Source: Vicingaceae bacterium (GTDB taxonomy: Bacteria > Bacteroidota > Bacteroidia > Flavobacteriales_E > Vicingaceae). Taken from it: a DNA stretch of 24,000 nt. Of the stretch, positions 8,328 to 14,973 are shown in pieces (position 1 is the first letter of the stretch; every line of letters begins with the position of its first letter). A program made the translations under genes and the position numbers. The notes beneath the pieces are model-generated. The model saw only the letters and a program-made list of their open reading frames with translations, was not told the DNA's origin and ran no database searches. The stretch is from assembly GCA_965267425.1 (NCBI GenBank), contig OZ253959.1:3137836-3161835 (forward strand), given 5' to 3'.

Positions 8328-9125
8328 TTAGTCAGCGTCTAGTCCAACAGGAAATTTTTTTCTAAATGCGATGAGATCATCAATGTTAATGATGGATGTC
8401 AAAATTTGATCGGATGCTCCTTGAGAGACAATTTTATCATTTCCTTTAAAATCGATAATAGCAGAGTCGCCATTATAGTGAATGGCGTTACCGTCCATCC
8501 CTACACGATTTACCCCTACCACGAAACACTGATTTTCAATGGCACGTGCTCTCAACAGTGTTTCCCAGGCATTCTTTCTGGGTGACGGCCAGTTGGCCAC
8601 GTAGATTAACAAGTCATATAAAGCATCATATTCCTTGTTTCCCTTTTCATAGTATTCATTTCTAGACCATACCGGAAATCGCAAATCATAACAAATGAAT
8701 GGACATATTTTCCACCCATTGAAATCAACCACAACCTTTTCCTCCCCGGCAGTGTAATATTTGTCCTCATCCGCCATCCGAAACAAATGCCGCTTGTTGT
8801 ATATCTTCCTGTTCCCATCGGGATCCACCCAAATGAGCCGATTGTATACCTTGCCATTTTCAGATACCATGACACTTCCCGTAATCGCAAGATTGTATTT
8901 TTTCGACAGTGATTCCATCCAAGACCCCGTGGAATCTTCCTCTGAAGGTTCTGCCAATGCGTTCACATTCATACTAAATCCGGTGGTAAACATCTCTGGC
9001 AGCACCAAGAGATCTACATCGCTGTTAAGGGATTTAATTTTTTCTTCAAACAACTGCTTATTTTTCTGAGGATCTTCCCAGTGCAAAATGGACTGTACCG
9101 CAGCAATATGCAATTGTTTTTTCAT
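8328..9125 (-). CDS. yafV: Omega-amidase (2-oxoglutaramate amidase), nitrilase/CN-hydrolase superfamily, YafV type
   Basis: There is strong colinear similarity, from memory, to E. coli YafV: LVLPEMFTTGFSM (Glu), YNKRHLFRMADE (Lys), ICYDLRFPVWSRN (Cys), YVANWPSPR and RARAIENQCFVVGVNRVG. I place the start at M22 of the track ORF (ATG 9125-9123, MKKQLHIAAVQ). The longer ORF would overlap the upstream gene by 64 nt. Confidence 0.85.
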   Translation of the reverse strand: MKKQLHIAAVQSILHWEDPQKNKQLFEEKIKSLNSDVDLLVLPEMFTTGFSMNVNALAEPSEEDSTGSWMESLSKKYNLAITGSVMVSENGKVYNRLIWVDPDGNRKIYNKRHLFRMADEDKYYTAGEEKVVVDFNGWKICPFICYDLRFPVWSRNEYYEKGNKEYDALYDLLIYVANWPSPRKNAWETLLRARAIENQCFVVGVNRVGMDGNAIHYNGDSAIIDFKGNDKIVSQGASDQILTSIINIDDLIAFRKKFPVGLDAD

Positions 9126-10285
9126 TAAGTGACCGAATTCAAAATTTCTGCCGCTTCTTTCAACGTTTCTTTTTCCTTGGCAAAACAAAAGCGTAGAACG
9201 TGGTTTTCCACTTTACTGTGATAAAAGACAGAAACAGGAATAGCCGCAATCTTGTATTTTTTGATCAAATGCAGTGCATATTCATTGTCAGGCATATCAG
9301 AAATGGCATCGTACCTGAGTAATTGAAAATAGGTGCCTGCAGACGGTAGGATTTCAAATTTGGAGTTTTTTAATAGTCCATTGAAATAATCTCTTTTTTT
9401 CTGGTAAAATTCTCCAAGTTTCAGATAATGTGAGGATTTATCCATATAATCTGCCAAAGCATATTGTATAGGCGTATTTACTGCAAATACGATAAACTGA
9501 TGTGCTTTTCGTATTTCCTTCATGATGTTTTCTGGCGCTAGGCAATAGCCTATTTTCCACCCTGTACAATGGTAGGTCTTTCCAAATGAAGAAACCACTA
9601 TGCTTTGAGCAGCCAGTTCAGGGCTTTGCATCACACTATTGTGCTCATTGTCATCAAAAACAACATGCTCGTACACTTCATCACTCAACACAAAAATGTC
9701 CGTCCCTTTCACAATTTTTTCAAGTTCCGACAAGTCGTTCTTTGACAACACCGTTCCAGTTGGGTTATGTGGTGTATTGATGATGATCATTCTTGTTTTT
9801 TGATTGATCACTTTTTTCACCTCTTCCCAGTCAATGCAATAGTCTGGAAGTTTTAATTGTACAAAAACAGGTTTTCCGCCATTCAACTTAATGGCAGGCT
9901 CATAACAATCATAAGCAGGAGTGAATATAATAACCTCATCATCTTCATTTATCAGGGATGCGATTACCGCATAAATCGCTTGAGTAGCGCCAGCGGTTAT
10001 TGTAATCTCCTTTTCGGCATCATATTTGCAACCATAAAGTGACTTGGTCTTCTCTGCAATCTTTTTTAGCAATCCCGGATGACCCGGCATTGGAGCATAC
10101 TGATTGTGCCCCTTTTTCATGTAGTGATGGACCCGGTTGATTAAATCTTCAGGCATGTCAAAATCAGGGAATCCTTGTGAAAGGTTTAATGCCCCTGCCT
10201 TGGCAGCATGCTGGTTAATGAGCGAAAAAATACTTTGATCCGTTTGTGGTAACTTAGAACGAATCGAGCCATTATAATGAATCAT
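9125..10285 (-). CDS. PLP-dependent class I aminotransferase of the YbdL / kynurenine-glutamine transaminase type (methionine aminotransferase-like)
   Basis: It carries the N-terminal ALNLSQGFPDFDMP motif, the YAPMPGHPGL motif, NTPHNPTG, and the PLP-lysine motif SSFGKTYHCTGWKIGY. Its stop codon (9127-9125) overlaps the yafV start as TAATG. Confidence 0.85.
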   Translation of the reverse strand: MIHYNGSIRSKLPQTDQSIFSLINQHAAKAGALNLSQGFPDFDMPEDLINRVHHYMKKGHNQYAPMPGHPGLLKKIAEKTKSLYGCKYDAEKEITITAGATQAIYAVIASLINEDDEVIIFTPAYDCYEPAIKLNGGKPVFVQLKLPDYCIDWEEVKKVINQKTRMIIINTPHNPTGTVLSKNDLSELEKIVKGTDIFVLSDEVYEHVVFDDNEHNSVMQSPELAAQSIVVSSFGKTYHCTGWKIGYCLAPENIMKEIRKAHQFIVFAVNTPIQYALADYMDKSSHYLKLGEFYQKKRDYFNGLLKNSKFEILPSAGTYFQLLRYDAISDMPDNEYALHLIKKYKIAAIPVSVFYHSKVENHVLRFCFAKEKETLKEAAEILNSVT

Positions 10286-10362
10286 AGGACAGTCTCTTCA
10301 GCGCGAAGGTAAAGAATTCAATATTGTAAATATAAAAATGTATTTGGCTAACTTACCCTTTT

Positions 10363-10370
10363 TATCTTTG
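10363..10370 (+). promoter_or_regulatory. Candidate Bacteroidota -7 promoter box TAtcTTTG upstream of the DUF547 gene
   Basis: It is an exact match to the Bacteroidetes sigma-A -7 consensus TAnnTTTG, 16 nt before ATG 10386, in the 100-nt divergent intergenic region. Confidence 0.4.
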
Positions 10371-10385
10371 TGTAACCGCAGTCTT

Positions 10386-11105
10386 ATGAAGTATATACAA
10401 TTTCTTACGTTGGTGGTCTTATTTCCTGTGTTGACAATTGCTCAGGTACCATCTCATTCTCAATGGAATACATTGTTACAAGCTTGTGTTAGTCCTGATG
10501 GGCAGGTCAATTACAAAGCTTTTAAAGCCCGACAGTCTGAACTGGATAATTACCTAAAAACATTGGCTGATGCCACACCTGGAAGCAGCTGGAGTTCAAA
10601 TGATAAATTGGCCTATTGGATCAATGCGTACAATGCATTTACGGTAAAACTTATTATCGACAATTATCCTTTAAAGAGCATTATGGATTTGGAAAAAGAT
10701 GGTGTTTCTCCATGGGATAAAAAATTTATCAAAATGCATGGGAAGACGTATACATTAAACCATATTGAACATCAAATTCTGAGGAAGGATTTCAGTGAAC
10801 CTCGCATTCATTTTGCCGTGAATTGTGCTTCACAATCTTGCCCAGATTTGCTTAATCGAGCGTATACTGGGAAAAATGTTTCGGCTGAATTGGAAAAAAG
10901 TACCAAAAAATTTATCAATAATTCTCAGCACAACAAACTCGCCTCAGGTTCGGCCAAAGTGTCTAAAATATTTGAGTGGTTTAAGGAAGACTTTACCAAA
11001 AATGGTTCGGTAATTGATTTCCTTAACAAATATGCCGCAGTGAAAATAGATAAGAATGCGACCATCAGTTATTTGGATTATGACTGGTCTTTGAACGGTT
11101 ACTAG
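10386..11105 (+). CDS. Secreted DUF547 domain protein
   Basis: It has the typical DUF547 blocks YWINAYNAFTVKLIIDNYPLKSI, LNHIEHQILR and PRIHFAVNCASQSCPDL. I prefer the start at ATG 10386 (MKYIQFLTLVVLFPVLTIAQ signal peptide) because a TAtcTTTG -7 box at 10363-10370 lies inside the longer track ORF. Confidence 0.8.
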   Translation: MKYIQFLTLVVLFPVLTIAQVPSHSQWNTLLQACVSPDGQVNYKAFKARQSELDNYLKTLADATPGSSWSSNDKLAYWINAYNAFTVKLIIDNYPLKSIMDLEKDGVSPWDKKFIKMHGKTYTLNHIEHQILRKDFSEPRIHFAVNCASQSCPDLLNRAYTGKNVSAELEKSTKKFINNSQHNKLASGSAKVSKIFEWFKEDFTKNGSVIDFLNKYAAVKIDKNATISYLDYDWSLNGY

Positions 11106-11129
11106 CAATAAACTTAATAGATACGATTT

Positions 11130-11465
11130 ATGGATGATGCTTACTACAAAGCAGCCGATCTGAAAAAGTTTGGCGATATCAAGGATTTTGAACCCAATTT
11201 GGCAGATAAATTTTTTACCTATTACAATGAAGTGTTTAAAGATGGAGCGCTCACGGCAAGAGAGAAATCTTTAATTGCATTGGCGGTATCGCATACCGTT
11301 CAGTGCCCATATTGTATTGATGCTTACACTGAAGATGCGCTGCAAAGAGGAATGGAAGAAGCCGAAATGATGGAAGCTGTTCATGTTGCTGCAGCCATAA
11401 GAGGGGGTGCCTCTTTGGTTCACGGTGTTCAAATGATGGAAAAGGTGAAAAAACAAAGCATGTAA
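11130..11465 (+). CDS. AhpD/carboxymuconolactone-decarboxylase-fold CxxC protein, arsenosugar biosynthesis-associated peroxidase-like family
   Basis: It is a ~110-aa CMD-fold protein with REKSLIALAVSHTVQCPYCIDAYT (CxxC at 11304-11315). It lies immediately upstream of ArsS. This matches the family named by genomic context as arsenosugar-associated peroxidase-like (TIGR04169, accession from memory). Confidence 0.8.
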   Translation: MDDAYYKAADLKKFGDIKDFEPNLADKFFTYYNEVFKDGALTAREKSLIALAVSHTVQCPYCIDAYTEDALQRGMEEAEMMEAVHVAAAIRGGASLVHGVQMMEKVKKQSM

Positions 11466-11472
11466 TTGGAGT

Positions 11473-12534
11473 TTGGAAAAGAGTCTACATAAACAAAACA
11501 ACACAATTGCCGATCCAAAAGTTCAATTGGAACATTTGAGCAATGGCCTTTTCAAATCAGGCACATTAAACGACTTTAGGAGCACTTTGGTTGACAACAA
11601 TATTGACATGTTGAGAGCGAGCGATCCTGAAATTTTGCAAGTCAATGTGGGTTACATGTGCAATCAGGTATGCAAGCATTGCCATGTTGATGCCGGTCCG
11701 GATAGAAAAGAAATCATGTCTCGAGAAACAATGACACATTGCCTCGATGTGCTGAGACAAAATGACTCTATAAATACATTGGATCTAACGGGTGGTGCCC
11801 CGGAAATGAATCCGGATTTCAGATGGTTCGTTGAAGAATCAAGGAAAGCAAAACCAAATTTGGACATCATTGTGCGTTCCAATCTCACGATCATATTGGC
11901 CAATCCAAAGTACCATGATCTGCCTGAGTTTTTCAAAAAAAACAATATTCACGTAGTTTCTTCTTTACCGTATTATAAAGCAGCTAAAACGGATAATCAA
12001 AGAGGAAAAGGAGTCTTTTCAAAATCAATTGAAGCGTTGATTTTGTTAAACAAACAAGGATACGGAATGCCTGATAGTCAATTGCAACTGGATTTAGTAT
12101 ATAATCCTGCCGGGGCTTTTTTACCCGCTGATCAATCGCAACTTGAAGCAGAATACAAAAGAGAATTGTTCAATGAATTTGGTATACAGTTTCATTCTCT
12201 TTTTGCGTTGACCAATATTCCGGTTAATCGTTTTTTGGAATATTTAATTCGAAGTGGGAATTATGAAGATTATATGACCAAATTGGTTAATGCATTTAAT
12301 CCTGCTACAATTGAAGGCTTGATGTGTTTAAACACATTGTCCATTGACTACCAGGGATATATTTACGATTGTGACTTCAATCAAATGTTAGATCTGGGCA
12401 GTGGTTTAAAAGACAAACTTCATGTGAGTTCCGTTTCTTCTGCGGAATTGAAAGGGCGAATTGTAAAGACCAGCCAACATTGTTATGGTTGCACCGCTGG
12501 TGCCGGTTCCAGTTGTCAGGGTACTCTATCATAA
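11473..12534 (+). CDS. arsS: Arsenosugar biosynthesis radical SAM protein ArsS
   Basis: It has the radical SAM cluster motif LQVNVGYMCNQVCKHCHVDAGP (CxxxCxxC) and the family-typical Cys-rich C-terminus CYGCTAGAGSSCQGTL. The start is uncertain. I take the TTG at 11473 because the N-terminal segment before the first ATG (M46) aligns with conserved ArsS N-terminal sequence. Confidence 0.85.
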   Translation: MEKSLHKQNNTIADPKVQLEHLSNGLFKSGTLNDFRSTLVDNNIDMLRASDPEILQVNVGYMCNQVCKHCHVDAGPDRKEIMSRETMTHCLDVLRQNDSINTLDLTGGAPEMNPDFRWFVEESRKAKPNLDIIVRSNLTIILANPKYHDLPEFFKKNNIHVVSSLPYYKAAKTDNQRGKGVFSKSIEALILLNKQGYGMPDSQLQLDLVYNPAGAFLPADQSQLEAEYKRELFNEFGIQFHSLFALTNIPVNRFLEYLIRSGNYEDYMTKLVNAFNPATIEGLMCLNTLSIDYQGYIYDCDFNQMLDLGSGLKDKLHVSSVSSAELKGRIVKTSQHCYGCTAGAGSSCQGTLS

Positions 12535-13144
12535 TTCTATTTTGACAGCTTCCCTTATCATATTTGCAAAAAACCCGGTTGCCGGAAATGTGAAAACCCG
12601 GCTTGCAAAAGATATTGGAGAAGAAGAAGCTTTGAACGTTTACAAATGGTTGTTGCATTGCACTTCTTCCGCCATTGAAAATCTGAAGTTTACAAGAACC
12701 GTATATTTTGATAATCTCCCAGATAAATCTGATTTGCCCGATTTTGCTGAATTTCAATGGAGATTGCAAGAAGGTCAAGATCTTGGAGAAAAAATGAAAA
12801 ATGCCTTTCAATCAGAATTTGAGCGTGCTGAAAAAGTGATTATCATTGGAAGTGATTGTCCAGACATTACGGATGTTCATCTAACTTCAGCGCTTGACCT
12901 ACTTGACCATAACGATGCTGTCGTTGGTCCTGCTTCAGATGGAGGTTATTATTTGTTGGGGTTAAACTCGTTGCATACGACTTTATTTGATGGAATTTCA
13001 TGGAGTTCAGACGAGGTTCTGGAATTGACCATTGATAAACTGGAACAATCAGGGTTGACTTTTGCATTGTTAGAAGAGTTAACAGACATTGATACGGTTG
13101 AAGACCTTAAATCAAAAACATCAGATGTCAGAATATTTAAATAA
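12485..13144 (+). CDS. DUF2064 / TIGR04282-family glycosyltransferase-like protein (arsenosugar-associated transferase 1)
   Basis: It has the N-terminal LIIFAKNPVAGNVKTRLA and IIIGSDCPDIT motifs and GPASDGGYYLLGL, all typical of DUF2064. The only ATG (12485) overlaps arsS by 50 nt. An alternative TTG at 12542 sits just after the arsS stop and would give the family-typical short N-terminus. Confidence 0.8.
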   Translation: MVAPLVPVPVVRVLYHNSILTASLIIFAKNPVAGNVKTRLAKDIGEEEALNVYKWLLHCTSSAIENLKFTRTVYFDNLPDKSDLPDFAEFQWRLQEGQDLGEKMKNAFQSEFERAEKVIIIGSDCPDITDVHLTSALDLLDHNDAVVGPASDGGYYLLGLNSLHTTLFDGISWSSDEVLELTIDKLEQSGLTFALLEELTDIDTVEDLKSKTSDVRIFK

Positions 13145-13946
13145 TATAAATGAAAGTGCTTCATTCATTTCAGGGCAATTGAATGCGCAACCTGAAATTG
13201 GAATAATACTGGGTACTGGATTGGGAGGATTGATAGACCATATGGAAATCTCACATTCCTTGTCGTATGAAAATATCCCTCATTTTGCTCAATCTACCGT
13301 GGAATCTCATTCTGGGAAACTGCATTTTGGAACCATCCATGGCAAACAATTAATGGTCATGCAAGGTCGTTTTCATTTCTACGAAGGGTACGACATGAAA
13401 CAAATTGCTTTTCCTGTTTACGTCATGAAGGCCCTGGGTGTAAAAAAATTGATTGTCTCCAACGCTGCAGGAAATATGAATCTTGATTGGAACAAAGGAG
13501 ATTTGATGCTTATTGAAGATCACATTAACCTGTTTCCTGACAACCCGTTGAGAGGAATAAACAACGACTCCCTTGGACCTAGATTTCCTGATATGAGCGA
13601 GGCTTATAGTCGTGCCCTGGGCGAAAAGGCACTTCAACACTCAGCCAACCTCAATATAACCCTTCGTAAAGGAGTATATGTTGGTGTCTCTGGTCCAAAC
13701 CTGGAAACGGCAGCAGAATATCGCTTTCTCAGAAGAATTGGTGCTGATGCTGTGGGCATGTCAACGGTTCCGGAAATCATAGCTGCCAACCATTGTGGAT
13801 TAGAATGTCTGGCCATTTCTGTATTGACAGACGATTGTGATCCGGACAATCTTCAACCTGTGAATATTGTAGAAATACTTGAAGTGGCTGGTAAGGCCGA
13901 AAAGAAGTTATCAATCCTCATTTCAAATGTTTTAAAAGAATTGTAA
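13125..13946 (+). CDS. Purine nucleoside phosphorylase homologue (trimeric PNP-I / PunA family) with Asp at the Asn243-equivalent position
   Basis: It is colinear with human PNP / PunA blocks: GIILGTGLGGL, MVMQGRFHFYEGY, SNAAGN, GPRFPDMSEAY, GPNLETAAE and GADAVGMSTVPE. I prefer the start at ATG 13125 (MSEYLNNINESASFI), which overlaps the upstream gene by 20 nt. Confidence 0.85.
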   Translation: MSEYLNNINESASFISGQLNAQPEIGIILGTGLGGLIDHMEISHSLSYENIPHFAQSTVESHSGKLHFGTIHGKQLMVMQGRFHFYEGYDMKQIAFPVYVMKALGVKKLIVSNAAGNMNLDWNKGDLMLIEDHINLFPDNPLRGINNDSLGPRFPDMSEAYSRALGEKALQHSANLNITLRKGVYVGVSGPNLETAAEYRFLRRIGADAVGMSTVPEIIAANHCGLECLAISVLTDDCDPDNLQPVNIVEILEVAGKAEKKLSILISNVLKEL

Positions 13947-14917
13947 TGGAATCATATTTAGAAAAAACCATAGATGTATATGAACAAGCAGCCAAAACTC
14001 CTGATGTAGGGTTGTGCTGCACCACGAGTCCAATTTGGCAACTTCCGGGATTAAGCATCCCTGGAAAAATGCTCAGCATGAACTATGGTTGCGGAACTAC
14101 CGTTCACCCTAGAGATTTAGTCAATGATCCATCTATTTTATATGTTGGCGTGGGCGGTGGAATGGAGTTATTACAATTTTCATATTTCAGCCGAAAACCA
14201 TCAGGAGTGACAGGTGTTGATGTAGTGGATAAAATGTTGAAAGCAGCGGATGAAAATTTGATGAAAGCAGAAGAATCCAATGATTGGTTTCAACGGAATT
14301 TTGTGGATTTGAAAAAAGGTGATGCCACAAATTTACCTGTAGATGATGGCAGTATGGATGTTGTTGCGCAAAATTGTCTTTTTAATATTTTCAAAGACCA
14401 TGAGCTCAAAGCCGCGTTGGAAGAAACATACAGAGTGTTGAAACCTCATGGAAGGTTTGTTTCATCCGATCCAGTTTGTGAATCAGGAATTCCAGATCAC
14501 TTGAAGGAAGATGAACATTTACGTGCACTTTGTCTTAGTGGTTCCATTCCATTGGATGAATACATCAAATACATGACAGATATTGGATTTGGGACCATTG
14601 AAGTTCGGGCGCGCAGACCCTACAGAATATTGCATCCAAATCATTACGATGTTGAACAACCCATTGAGATAGAGAGTGTTGAAGTTTGTGCCATAAAAGA
14701 CCCAATGCCAGAAGATGGCCCTTGTGTATTTACCGGTAGAAGTGCCATATACGTAGGAAAAGAAGAACATTTTGACGATGGTAAAGGGCATCTACTTTTA
14801 CCCAATCAGCCAATAGCTGTTTGTGATAAAACAGCATCAAACTTACAATCTCTTGAAAGAGATGACATGTTTGTCACGCCAAGTACGTACTTTTACGATG
14901 GCGGAGGATGTTGTTAA
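13946..14917 (+). CDS. arsM: Arsenite S-adenosylmethionine methyltransferase (ArsM-like)
   Basis: It has a class I SAM-MTase core (ILYVGVGGGMEL). Cysteines sit at the spacing of the four conserved ArsM cysteines: GLCCTTSP (C24/25), NYGCG (C49), AQNCLFN (C144) and RALCLSG (C196). The start ATG overlaps the PNP stop as TAATG (13944-13948). Confidence 0.8.
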   Translation: MESYLEKTIDVYEQAAKTPDVGLCCTTSPIWQLPGLSIPGKMLSMNYGCGTTVHPRDLVNDPSILYVGVGGGMELLQFSYFSRKPSGVTGVDVVDKMLKAADENLMKAEESNDWFQRNFVDLKKGDATNLPVDDGSMDVVAQNCLFNIFKDHELKAALEETYRVLKPHGRFVSSDPVCESGIPDHLKEDEHLRALCLSGSIPLDEYIKYMTDIGFGTIEVRARRPYRILHPNHYDVEQPIEIESVEVCAIKDPMPEDGPCVFTGRSAIYVGKEEHFDDGKGHLLLPNQPIAVCDKTASNLQSLERDDMFVTPSTYFYDGGGCC

Positions 14918-14973
14918 ACCGGGAAAGCCATCCTTTTGAAATAAATATTCGTCTACTTTTAAAAAGGAAATTT

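Noticed and set aside
9126-9188. A 21-codon N-terminal extension of the yafV ORF (MFCQGKRNVERSGRNFEFGHL).
   Set aside because: It overlaps the 3' end of the aminotransferase gene. YafV homologues start at the MKxxLxIAxxQ equivalent, and the ATG at 9125 forms a TAATG coupling junction.
12481-12492. Possible selenocysteine recoding in ArsS, since the family includes selenoprotein members with U in the C-terminal Cys-rich motif.
   Set aside because: The motif positions are encoded by ordinary TGT/TGC cysteine codons (CYGC). There is no in-frame TGA in the gene.
12485-12534. The 50-nt arsS/DUF2064 overlap, considered as a possible programmed frameshift or gene fusion.
   Set aside because: There is no slippery heptamer, and arsS has its complete family-typical C-terminus (CYGCTAGAGSSCQGTL) with a clean stop. 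A TTG start at 12542 explains the arrangement more simply.
12377-12811. A 144-aa minus-strand ORF spanning the arsS/DUF2064 junction. It could have been a hidden antisense gene in the operon.
   Set aside because: It has no recognisable domain and is entirely antisense to two well-supported genes. The frame looks like a shadow ORF.
8328-14917. The idea that the aminotransferase/omega-amidase pair, the MTAP-like PNP and the SAM-consuming arsenic genes form one SAM/methionine recycling supercluster.
   Set aside because: The pair is transcribed divergently from a separate promoter region, and a secreted DUF547 gene intervenes. The PNP belongs to the PunA family rather than the MTAP family. Adjacency alone is not sufficient evidence, so I kept the two as separate, weaker observations.
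14908-14973. A 22-codon N-terminal extension of the hydrolase ORF that overlaps the arsM stop.
   Set aside because: The extension is hydrophilic and precedes a perfect signal peptide that starts at ATG 14974. The shorter form is the plausible secreted protein.
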